Assembly: GCF_004010195.1 (NCBI RefSeq)
Contig: NC_057754.1
Span: 2,264,228 to 2,328,227 of the forward strand
DNA from: Chiloscyllium plagiosum
Taxonomy: Eukaryota
Direction of reading: 5' to 3'
Length of the DNA: 64,000 nt
In this document: positions 12,730 through 23,679 of the stretch, piece after piece
How the letters are laid out: each line of letters starts with the position of its first letter
Position numbering within the stretch: position 1 is the stretch's first letter
The notes under the pieces: model-generated
What the model was told of the DNA's origin: nothing
Database searches by the model: none
The model's input: the letters and a program-made list of their open reading frames with translations, nothing else
Made by a program: the position numbers and the translations under genes

Positions 12730-13052
12730 TTGATTCAACTCATGGGCATCACTGGATGGCCAGTATTTCGTGCCCATCCCTAGTTACCCCTTGAGAAGGT
12801 GGTGGTGAGCTGCCTTTATGAACCATTGCAGTCCACATGTTGTAGATAAACCCACAATGCCAGTAAGGAGGGAATTCCCTGTGCAGTGACATTGAAGGAA
12901 TGGTGATATATTTCCAAATCGGGATAGTGCGTGGCTTGGAGGGGAACTTGCTGGCATTGGTGTTCCCATGTAGCTGCTGTTTTTGTCCTGGTAGATGGGA
13001 GTGGTCGCAGGTTTGGAAGATGCTGTCTAAAGATCTTGGGTGAATTTCTAAA
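12730..13052 (-). mobile_element. 3' end of the CR1/L2-group LINE, nested in the LTR
   Basis: TGCCCATCCCTAGTTACCCCTTGAGAAGGTGGTGGTGAGC, the reverse complement of the 3' end at ~19295-19350. Confidence 0.75.
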
Positions 13053-13140
13053 GTTGACTCAAATGTGAAAATAGATTCTTCTCAAAATAAAAAAAAATCC
13101 CATTCAGGGCAATCAAGGGAATCTGTTAAGAAAATGATTA

Positions 13141-13367
13141 AAAACCCAAAGAACTGCAGTTGCTGTAAATTAGAGACAAAAATAGAAATTGCTGGAAAAA
13201 CTCAGCAGGTCTGGCAGCATTGTGGAGAGAAATCGGAATTAACGTTTTGGGTTGAGTGACCCTTCCTCATTGAGAAAGAGTCACTCAACCCGAACCGTTA
13301 ACTCTGATTTCTATCCACAGATGTTGTCAGACCTGCTGAGCTTTTCCAGTAATTTCTATTTTTGTCG
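13141..13367. mobile_element. Inverted pair of PLE pLTR fragments (family C), 13-bp TSD
   Basis: Arms are reverse complements about 13270. Each has a degenerate TGARRAAGRGTCACTCAACCCRAAMCGTTAA hammerhead. Flanks are AAGAAAATGATTA (13128) and AAGGAAATGATTA (13368). Confidence 0.85.
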
Positions 13368-15541
13368 AAGGAAATGATTAGCTCAGCTGAAGTGTCAGCA
13401 GTCTGGCCCAAAATGGAAAGTGCTGACAGCTCCTCAGCTTAAGGGTTTCAGTTTGTGAGAACTTTCAGATTGAAGAGAGTTTGGTTGGAGATCTGCAATG
13501 GTTATTCGAAGTTGAAAGATCTCAGTTGTTTGATTCAAAGAAAATGATTTGTCAGCGCACAGGACCAAGATTAAAATGAAGCTGCTAAGTCAATCTACAG
13601 ATTTGATGTGAAGGGAGAATTTCTGTCAATTTTGATTAACTGTAAAATGAAACCATTGGGGATTGGATGGGATTTTGTTTTGCTGGATGCTTGAAACTTT
13701 ATAATCTGTGTGAACTGTGGATATCTTGGTTTGTTTTATTCTTCCTTTTGCATAATAAACTTTTGCTTTATTGTTAAAGCCAAATCTGCAGCCTAGTGTG
13801 CTTATGTTTCAGTGAAAGACCACCACACTAAATTAATAAACCAAAATGTGAGCGATCAAGCCAGATTTCCTCCTGGTTTCTGACTCGTCGAATAGCAACA
13901 ATAGCTGGGATCATAACATTGTTACAAATGGCTCCAACTTGCCAACAAATCTCATTCTTGATTTCTTTACCACCCTTTCATGGTCGACATTAAGGAATAA
14001 CAATATGGTAACAGATCCGTTGTTATTTCTTCTTTCAACCCAGACAGACTCCATTTGAGCCCTATCGTTGATATAAAAACCTTCCTTTTTACCTCTTTAA
14101 TTGTGCCCTTAAGCTAAGGAACCATTCCACTTCCTTTTATTGTATCTCGTGACAGCCAGCTGAAGTCAAGCTTTCAGTAAGACTTTAACACTTGATCTCT
14201 CTGTTGAATCTCTCAACTCTCTGACATCGTTTTTAATGGTTCGTAGATTTGCATAAAACCCTGCAATGCTGGACACATTCGTATGCCTCAGTAACCTTTA
14301 CACAGCTTTCAGTTTATATTCTTTCCTTCAAAGGTTTTCCCACATTTATCCAAAACTTGTTATTTTTACCCATTGCTATATTCCTTCACTATGCATTATG
14401 GTTTATTTAATCTATAAATATATCTGTCAAGCACCATCTTAAACACTAAGTGTATCAGATTTATTACATTTCTGGTTGTGAAATCCTGCTTTGTGCAATG
14501 TTGGCTCTCATATTTTCCAATATTGCAACAGTCACAATAATTTGACTTTAAGGCACTTTCAGATGTGCACAAGTCATGCAAGTCATTGCATAGATCCAAG
14601 ATTTATTTTCTGTATATGGCAGAGATGTACCCAAAGTTTGGAGATCCTTCTAAGCACTACCAGTAGCTTGGATTAATGCAACGATGTGGCTCTGTATGAT
14701 GGTGGTGGACAGGTCAGAGTGATGGAGAGCCACTAGAAGTCAAACCTGTGACTGTCTCGCTTCAGGTTAGAGTCACAGAGATGTACAGCATGGAAACAGA
14801 CCTTACAGTCCAACCCGTCCAAGCCGACCAGATATCCCAACCCAATCTAGTCCTACTTGCTTGGACCTGGCCCATATCCCGTTAAACCCTTCCTATTCAG
14901 ATACCCATCCAGATGCTTTTTAAATGTTGCGATTGTATTAAACTCCACCACTTCCTCTGGCAGCCATTCCACAAACATACCAGCTTCTGCATGAAAAAGT
15001 TGCCCTTAGGTCTCTTTTATATCTTTCCCCTCTCACCCTAAATCTATGCCCACTAGTTCTGGACTCCAGGGAAAATACTTTGTCTATTTACTCTATCCAT
15101 GCCCCTCATGATTTTATAAACCTCTATAAAGTCAACCCTCAGCCTCTGACACTCTGGGGAAAACAGTCCCAGCCTATTCAACATCTGTCTATAGCTCAAA
15201 TCCTCCAACCCTGGCAACATCCTTGTAAATCTTTTCTGAACCCTTTCAAGTTTCACAACATCTTTCCAAAAGGAAGGAGACCAAAATTGCATGCAACGTT
15301 ACAAAAGTGGCCTAACCAATGTCCTGTACAGTTGCAACATGACCTCCCAACTCCTGTACTGAATACTCTGACCAATAAAGGAAAGCATACCAAACGCCTT
15401 CTTCACTATCCTATCTACATGCGACTCCGCTTTCAAGGAGCTATGAACCTGCACTCCAAGGTCTCTTTGTTCAGCAACACTCTCTGGGACCTTACCATTA
15501 AGTGTATATGTCCTGCTAAACTTTGGTTCCCCTTTGGTTAT

Positions 15542-15854
15542 GGGCGGCACGGTGGCACAGTGGTTAGCACTGCTGCCTCGCAGCGCCAGAGACCCGGGTT
15601 CAATTCCCGACTCAGGCGACTGACTGTGTGGAGTTTGCACGTTCTCCCCGTGTCTGCGTGGGTTTCCTCCAGGTGCTCCGGTTTCCTCCCACAGTCCAAA
15701 GATGTGCAGGTTAGGTGAATTGGCCATACTAAATTGCCCGTAGTGTTAGGTAAGGGGTAAATGTAGGGGTATAGGTGGGTTTCGCTTCGGCAGGTCGGTG
15801 TGGACTTGTTGGGCCGAAGGGCCTGTTTCCACACTGTAATCTAATCTAATCTAA
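15542..15854 (+). mobile_element. HE1-type V-SINE (young, near-identical to 62630-62947)
   Basis: GGGCGGCACGGTGGCACAGTGGTTAGC ... ACACTG(TAATC)n. Confidence 0.95.
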
Positions 15855-16857
15855 ATCAAACTCCATCTGCCACTTCTCAGCCCATTGGTCCATTTGTTAA
15901 AGATCCCGTTGAAATCTGAGGTAACCTTCTTTGCTGTCCACTGCACCTCCAATTTTGGTGTCATCTGCAAAATTACTGCCTGTACCTTTTATGCTCGCAT
16001 CCAAATCATTTATATAAATGATGAAAGGTAATGGACTCAGCACCGATTCTTGTGGCACTCCACTGGTCACAGGCCTCTAGTCTGAAAAACAACCCTCCAC
16101 CACCACCCTCTGTCTTCTACCTTTGAGCCAATTCTGTATCCAAATTACTAGTTCTCCATGTATTCCATGAGATATAACCTTGCTAACCAGTCTCCCATGG
16201 GGAACTTTTGTTTAATGCCTTACTGAAGTCCATATGGATCTGTCTACCACTCTGCCCTCATCAATCCTCTTTGTTACTTCTTCAAAAAACTCAATCAAGT
16301 TTGTGAGACATGATTTCCCATGCACAAAGCCATGCTGACTATCCCTAATCAGTCCTTGCCTTTCCAAATACATGTACATCCTGTCCCTCAGGATTCTCTC
16401 CAACAACTTGTCCACCACCGACGTCAGGCTCACTGGTCTATAGTTCCCTGGCTTGTCCTTACCACCCTTCTTAAACAGTGGCACCACGTTGGCCAACCTC
16501 CAGTCTTCCAGCATCTTACCTGTGACTATCGATGATACAAATATCTTTGCAAGGAGCCCAGCAATCACTTCCCTAGCTTCCCATAGAGTTCTAGAATACA
16601 CCTGATTAGGTCCTGGGGATTTATCCACATTTATGCGTTTCAAGTCATCCAGCACTTCCTCCTCTGTAATATGGACATTTTTCAAGGTGTCACCATTTAT
16701 TTCCCTCCATTCTATATCTCCCATGTCTTTCTCCATAGTAAACACTCACAAAATACTCATTTAGTATCCCCCTATCTCCTGCTGCTCCACACAAAGGCCG
16801 CCTTGCTAATCTTATGAGGGGCCCTATTCTCTCCCTAGTTACCCTTTTGTCCTTAAT

Positions 16858-17158
16858 GGTATGGTGGCTCAGTGGTTAGGACAGCTGCTTCACAGCGCCA
16901 GAGACCTGGGTTTAATTCCCGCCTCAGGCAACTGTCTGCGTGGAGTTTGCACATTCTTCCCATATTTCCTCTGGGTGCTCTGGTTTCCTCCCACAGTCCA
17001 AAAATGTGCAGGTTAGGTGAATTGACCATGTTAAATTGCCCATAGTGTTAGGTGGGTTAGTCAGTGGTAAACGTAGGGGGGTGGGTTGCTCTTCGGAGGG
17101 TCGGTGTGGACTTGTTGGGCCGAAGGGCCTGTTTCCACACTGTAAGGAATCTAATCTA
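16858..17158 (+). mobile_element. HE1-type V-SINE inside CR1
   Basis: Head, V-domain and tail present. The host CR1 resumes on both sides. Confidence 0.92.
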
Positions 17159-17697
17159 GTGTATTTGTAAAAACGCTTTGGATTCTCCTTAACTCTATTT
17201 GTCAAAGCTATCTCATGTCTTCTTTTTGCCCTCCTGATTTCCCTCTTAAGTATACTCCTACTGCCTTTATACTCTTCTAAGGATTCACTCGATCTATCCT
17301 GTCTATACCTGACATATGCTTCCTTCTTTTTCTTAACCAAACCCTCAATTTTTTTAGTCATGCAACATTCTCTATAGTTTGTGTTTTGGATGCTGGGACT
17401 TTATACTTGACCAGGCACTTGTAGGAATTGTTGTGCTTTAAATGTGGATTGTCAGTCCCAGGCAAGGAATAATTCACCTCATTTTTCACTCAGGTGCAAA
17501 ACCACTGTGGTTAAGCATAAATTATGTGAGCTACCGTCTAAGGTGCTGTGGTATTCTAGAAATGTGAAAAAAAAAGTATAACGAAAGGGAACACTGATTA
17601 GTTCAGCTAAAAATGCCAGCAGTCTGGACCAAGAGAGAGCTGCAGAGAGCCTGTCAGTGTTTAGAAAAAGGAATCCTGACAAAGGTTTACCATTGAA

Positions 17698-18232
17698 ATA
17701 GAATCCCTCCAGTGTGGAAACAGGCCCTTTGGTCCAACAAGTCCACACCAACCCTCAAAGAGTAACCCACACAGACCCATTTCCCTACCCTATTGCTTTA
17801 CATTTGCCTAATCTACACATCCCTGAACATTATGGGCAATTTAGCTTGGCCAATTCACATCTTTGGATTGTGGCAGTAAAGTGGGGGGTTGAGAGTGTGG
17901 TGCTGGAAAAGCACAGCAGGTCAGGCAGTATCCGAGGAGCAGGAGAGTCAACGTTTCGGGCGTAAACCCTTCATCAGGAATGCTGCCCAATGAAGGCCTC
18001 CTCGGATGCTACCTGACCTGCTGTGCTTTTCCAGCACCACACTCTCAACTCTGATCTCCAGCAGCTAGTATTTTCTCCATTGTGGGAGGAAACTGGAGCA
18101 CCCGGAGGAAACCCACGCAGACACAGGAAGAACGTGCAAGCTCCACACAGACAGTCACCCGAGGCTGGAATCAAGCCCTGGTCCCTGGTGCTGTGAGGCA
18201 GCAGTGCTAACCACTGAGCCCCCTTGCTTCCC
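17698..18232 (-). mobile_element. HE1-type V-SINE interrupted by a PLE pair
   Basis: Tail at 17698. The V-domain resumes at 18079 and the head ends at ~18230. Confidence 0.9.
17874..18078. mobile_element. Inverted pair of PLE pLTR fragments (family A), 7-bp TSD ATTGTGG
   Basis: The minus arm has CTGATGA-a-GGGT-ttac-GCCC-GAAAC-GTT and the plus arm ends TTTTCTCC. ATTGTGG occurs at 17867 and 18079. Confidence 0.85.
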
Positions 18233-18649
18233 TAAAAAAATCATTTAAATACTTAGCCCTCTTTTCTCTTTACAGTTATTGTCTGAACTACAGTGTACTT
18301 CCAGCATTTTCTGGTTTTGATGCTATTTAGTTGAGGGACTGTGGCCTTTGGCCCAATGGTCCAAGGCCCTGAAAATGGAATAAAACTCCTGTTCTTACCA
18401 ACCTCCCTATCCATCAACAGATTGGTTTCCTGAAATCACACTAATGCTGCCTCAGCACCAAGTGCAATATCAGACAGTACCTTCGAGGCTTCTGTTCTAT
18501 CCTCCTTCCCATTACAGTCACTATTCCCACATTTGCAATTCCACTGACTTCAAAAAGAAGAAAGCGTCCATTTTACAAAATGTCCACATAGTCAATCAGT
18601 AGGACACTTGGTTAGCATCTCATTTAACACATTAATATTCGTTCCCGCC

Positions 18650-19350
18650 GATGCACACTGGCATGTACCATCTATAAGATGCACTGCATCAAGGCTCCTT
18701 AGTTAGCACTTTCCAAACACGTGACTTTTACCATCTAGAGGGACAAAGATGCATGGAGCCACCATCACCTTCAAGTTCCCTTCTGCACCACACACCATCT
18801 GATTTGGAAATATATCGGCATTCCTTCACTGTTGCTAGGTCACAATCACCACACACCATCTGATTTGGAAATATATCGGCATTCCTTCACTGTTGCTAGG
18901 TACAAGATGATTAGGGGGTTAGATAGGGTCGACAGTATGAACCTTTTCCCGCGTATTGAGTCGGGTATTACAAGGGGGCATAGCTTTAAATTAAGGGGGG
19001 GTAGATATAGGACTGATGTTAGGGGTAGGTTCTTCACTCAGCGAGTCGTTAGTTCATGGAATGCCCTGCCAGTAACAGTGGTGGACTCTCCCTCTTTATG
19101 GGCATTTAAGAGGGCATTGGATAGGTATATGGAGGATAGTGGGTTAGTGTAGTTTAGGTGGGCTTGGATCGGCGCAACATCGAGGGCCCAAGGGCCTGTA
19201 CTGCGCTGTATTCTTCTATGTTCTATGTAATCCTGAAACTCCCTCCTGAACGGAATTGTGGTTGGTTTGATACCAGGTGGACTCCTGCTGTCAAGAAGGC
19301 AGCTCACCACCACCTTCCTCAGGGAAATCAAAATGGGCAATAAATGCCCG
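18650..19350 (+). mobile_element. CR1/L2-group LINE 3' end, interrupted by a CR1
   Basis: TGTACCATCTATAAGATGCACTGCA..CTCACCACCACCTTCCTCAGGG..GGGCAATAAATG. Confidence 0.75.
18901..19228 (+). mobile_element. CR1 3' fragment (subfamily with a TTCTATG tail)
   Basis: YKMIRGLDRVD..TRGHSFKLRGG..FFTQRVV..FKRALDRYM, tail TTCTATGTTCTATGT. Confidence 0.93.
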
Positions 19351-19489
19351 TGAATGGATAAAAATGTACCTTTGAAGCACAGTCGGCTTTGGTAATGCTG
19401 CAACCAATCTGTACACATCAAGCTCTCAAACAGAAAGGTCATAATAGCCAGAGAGTGTGTTTTAAGGGGCATTGGCTAATCATTGTTGT

Positions 19490-19720
19490 AGTTTAATGGG
19501 GAGAACTCCCCTGTTTCCCTTTGAATCGTGCCATGGAATCATTTATGTGGACTTGAAAGAACAGATAGGGTCTGGATTAATGTCCCATGTGAAAGATGGC
19601 ATTTTCAAGAGTGCAGCATTCCTTCAGCCTGAGTTCAGTCAACTTGAGTTAAGTGACAAAGTCTCTGAAGCAATCCTGAACTCAAAATCATCTCTCTCAG
19701 ATATGAATGCATCCCCAACT
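19490..19720 (-). mobile_element. Degenerate DeuSINE (SacSINE1-like)
   Basis: GGAGAACTCCCCTG..GTGCCATGGAATCATTTATG..GAAAGATGGC..AGTGCAGCATTCCTTCAG matches the Deu domain on the minus strand. Confidence 0.65.
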
Positions 19721-21474
19721 TGTGCTGCAATTACTTGGGCTAATAATTTTTCATCAGGTTCTTGAGCTGAGTCCACTCTAACTTTAAAGTCAGGTCTCTT
19801 GCAACTAACCCAAAGAGAGGAGATTTCTACTCCATCAGTCAAGAGTTGAATTTCAGCCAGCTTTCAAAACTGAAAGGATAGAATTTTAATCAAGAACAAA
19901 GCATAATCCCCCGCAGTCTATATTCATTCTCACTTTCTCCGCTGACCCAGACAGCGCTCTCCTTGTTTACTGTGTCACTGCTAATCTTTCCTTCATCTCC
20001 AGTATGTTCCACATGCCACAGATTTCTTCAGGAATTCAATCTATTTCATAATCCAAAGGCCATATTTTATTTACCTTCTGCATCAAAACATAATCCTTAA
20101 TGATGCACATTTAATTGTTAATGTAAACAATTTCAGCAACAGATTTTTAAGTTTAGCTGCAGCTGAGTTGCTGCTCAGTGGAATCAGCCCAGACTGGTCT
20201 TGCATATTTGATTGTATTTTCCCTCCTTCATGCATGGCCAGAATTGGAGAGTCTCCCGCACTAAGTGCAAGTGAATAAAACATTTTTACAGCATGTTAGG
20301 TAATGTTATGGGTTAAATAAGATTGCAGCTTTGAATTAAACTTCTTAGCAACAGTAATTGGAGTTTCAATTATTGATGAATATAATATTACACTTAAAAT
20401 ACACACGGAAAATAACAGGGAAAGATATCAGGTGGATACCATGTTGACTTTCCTCCTCAATGTAGAAGGGTTTTCATGCTGTAGACCTCTATGACCCTGT
20501 GACATCAGTATTGTTTCAAAGCAGAATAAGAGACCTTCTCCCCAGGTTTTTTTTTGGTGGATTTTTAACCTTTGACTGGCATCACTAAAGCAGGTTCAAA
20601 GCAGCTGGAAAAGCATGAACTGAGATACAGGTGCCATCAGTTCACTGACCTTCTGTTCAAAATGAGCTCATCAGGGAGGGATGCATTGTTGACAGTGATT
20701 CTACTCAACTTTGCTTTGTAGCCCATTATATCGTGTGATTGTCACAGTTGACACAAATTTGTGTTGTTGCTCTGGGTCTCTCATCTGGTATTGTCTCTTG
20801 GTGTCCCTGATGGCTTTGCGAATGTTGAGGCTGCAGTGTCAGTGGGCGAATTACCTTAAGAGATCTCATTGCTGAGCAAACTCTTGCCAGTTTAACAGAC
20901 ATGAGAGGAACCCACTGAACAGATATTTGGAATGGGAAACTATGCTGTTTTTTCTATCCAGGACACAGCAGCACCGAGGTCACCTCTCATCCTTCAGTGG
21001 GGATGGACTAACACAACTGATCCAGTTCAAGATCAAAGTTGGGTTCTTACTTATCTCTCTGTCTCAGTGTGCAAGCCTACACACAACAGGGAGCAACAGT
21101 ACTTTACAAAACATGCTGTTTTCTTAAAAACAACATTTTGTGTTTGTACATTGAAACAATTTTTTTTCCTTAAAAGGAGCAAACGTACCCTTGATAAAGT
21201 TGGAAAGGTAAGTGAAAGCGTTATGAAGCTAGATGCTATCAAAACTGTGCCTTCTGGCAATGTGGCTATCAGCAGGAATCACAAATGTACAATCAATGTG
21301 ACAGTCACAGGAGACAGCAAATCACTAATGCAGAAGGCTTCTCTACTGCACAAGGCTTGCTGGTTAGATCAGTAAAGAAAATCTGAATTTTCAGAATCAC
21401 AGAAGGTAAGGACATCCCAACATGTTTGAGTGTGAATCCTAAACTAGCCAGTTGATTTAGCCTATCCCCATTGA

Positions 21475-21670
21475 GTTACAAATCGCACGACACCAGGCTA
21501 TAGTCCATCAGGTTCATTTGGAGGCACTAGCTTTCGAAGGTGTGACAACCACCTGATGAAGAAGCAGCACTTTGAAAGCTAATGCCTCCTCATAAACCTA
21601 TTGGACAATAACCTGGTGTTGTGTGATTTTTAGCTTTGTCCACCTCAGTACAACACCAGCTCCTCCAAAT
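21475..21670. mobile_element. Inverted pair of PLE pLTR fragments (family B), perfect 14-bp TSD
   Basis: CCTATCCCCATTGA at 21461-21474 and 21671-21684. The plus arm has CAC-CTGATGA-agaagcagcacttt-GAAAG-CTA. Confidence 0.88.
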
Positions 21671-21691
21671 CCTATCCCCATTGAAGTAGTG

Positions 21692-22014
21692 AGAACAAAG
21701 AACAAAGAAAATTTATAGCCCAGGAACAGGCCATTCGGCCGTCCAAGCCTGAGCCTATCCAAATCTACCGTCCAAACTTGTCGCCCAATTCCTAAGCATC
21801 TGTATCCCTCTGCTCCCCACCTACTCATGCATCTGTCCAGATGCATCTTAAATGAATCTACTGTGCCTGCCTCCACTACCTCTGCTGGCAACACATTTCA
21901 GGCACCTACCACCCTCCGTGTAAAGTACTTGCCGCATGTATCCCCCTTCTACTTTTCACCTCTCACCTTGAAAGTGTGACCTCTTGTTATTGGATCCCTC
22001 ACCCTGGGAAAAAG
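21692..22014 (-). mobile_element. CR1 3' fragment (TTCTTTG-tail subfamily)
   Basis: LPAEVVEAGTVDSFKMHLDRCM, tail AGAACAAAGAACAAAG. Confidence 0.9.
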
Positions 22015-23290
22015 GGAGAGGTAACCTCAGTGCTGTTGTGTCTTCGAAAGAGAAAACCAGCACCGTTTCCCATTCCAAATGTCTGTTCTGTCGGTTCTAC
22101 TCACATCTGTCAAACTGGCAAGGACAGGAGTTAGCTGAGCAATGAGATCTTTTAAGATAATTAACCCATTGACACTGCAGCCTCAAAATTCTTGGGTTGG
22201 AGTTATCGATATAAGTTGACAATTGTATATTTGCAGAGGCCGGGGATAGGATCAGCATTCTGCCGCAGAGCATCTGTGTACACTGCGTTGACATAAATCA
22301 ACCAGCATATAACTGAATGGTGAAACAGGTGCAAGGGGTTCCTGCTCCCATGTACCTTTGTAAGTGTCTTACCAATTCAATCACAGCCACATCCAAATGG
22401 TAAGAGTTGGGACATGCAAATGTTGTTGGACCTAAATTAACTTACTTCCACCCTTGTCATCATGTCCTAACATTTATTTTAGCAATTTGGACTCATTCAT
22501 CCTGGTGGAAGTATTTCATTGAATAGATACTGCTGGTCTATGATTCCTTGTGGATACATTTGGAACTTGGAACTCTCTGCAGGCAATTGGAAAGACATAA
22601 AATGGTGCTGTTACACACAGGAAGCCTTTTTCTGACTATTTGCATCATGCTTGGAAAAATGTTGTCTTGAAAGATTATTACTGAGACACTGTGTGACACC
22701 TGCACCACTGGCTTGCCAATGGGAATTCCATTTTATGTAATGTATATGCTGGAGAAAGAGGAGAACAGAAAGGTGGTAAAGAGTAATAGATTAATTAGGC
22801 AGCATTAGAGCCATTACCCATCCAACAGAATGTATAGATCCACATTTTGAGTGTTTTAATAGAAGCCCTGTCTCAGAACAGACTATGCTTTAGTCATGGC
22901 CTTCTGAAGGAGCTTAACTCCTTGCCACATTGGGATGTATGCTTAAATAGGTATCTCTCTAAGTGTATGCAGGGAAAGTGGCCACTTCTCAACTTGAATC
23001 TGGACACACATTGTAGGGAACTGCAGGGATGAGATCAGTTCATTTGTGGTACACTCCACTCTGAGGCAATTCAGTAATGAGTGCCCACTTCTCAGTTTAT
23101 ATCTGTTCCCAGAGAGATAACTGAGAGCACCATCACATTTTTCACAATTGCCCAGTTCACCTGGGTTGTGATGCTATTGGCTACACCCTTCCCAACATAA
23201 ACTCACAAATTTACATGACCCAAAAACCACTGTTCTTGAAGTGTCCATCTTATTTGGGATGACAGACGTTAATTCTGGTGTCTGTTAATG

Positions 23291-23679
23291 TAGAACATAG
23301 AACATAGAACAATACAGCACAGAATAGGCCCTTCGGCCCACGATGTTGTGCTGAACATTTGTCCTAGCTTAAGCACCCATCCATGTACCTATCCAATTGC
23401 CGCTTAAAGGTCACCAAAGATTCTGACTCTACCACTCCCACAGGCAGCGCATTCCATGCCCCCACCACTCTCTGGGTAAAGAACCCACCCCTGACATCTC
23501 CCCTATACCTTCCACCCTTCACCTTAAATTTATGTCCCCTTGTAACACTCTGTTGTACCCGGGGAAAAAGTTTCTGACTGTCTACTCTATCTATTCCTCT
23601 GATCATCTTATACACCTCTATCAAGTCACCCCTCATCCTTCGCCGTTCCAATGAGAAAAGGCCTAGTACTCTCAACCTA
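23291..23679 (-). mobile_element. CR1 3' fragment
   Basis: LGLFSLERRRMRGDLIEVYKMIRG..FFTQRVVGAWNALP, tail (AGAACAT)n. Confidence 0.93.

Larger units (their letters stand above)
12385..13918 (+). mobile_element. Probable solo LTR (Gypsy-type) carrying two nested insertions
   Basis: Begins TGTAATGA and ends TCATAACA (8-bp imperfect inverted termini). It has a 4-bp TSD TTGT at 12381-12384 and 13919-13922, and AATAAA at ~13755. Confidence 0.65.
14767..17375 (-). pseudogene. CR1 (HER1-like) LINE, ~2 kb of ORF2 RT plus 3' UTR, disrupted by two V-SINEs
   Basis: KSPGPNQVY..DWRLANVVPLFKKG..NYRPVSLTS..SQHGFVHGKSCLTNL, then QFWSP..LERVQKRFTRMLPGL. Confidence 0.95.

Noticed and set aside
15542..15615. 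tRNA-like sequences with A and B boxes (also at other SINE heads)
   Set aside because: They continue into the V-domain and CR1-like tail, so they are SINE heads rather than tRNA genes.
20932..21375. 147-aa ORF in non-repeat DNA
   Set aside because: No recognisable domain, composition typical of random AT-rich sequence and no convincing exon boundaries.
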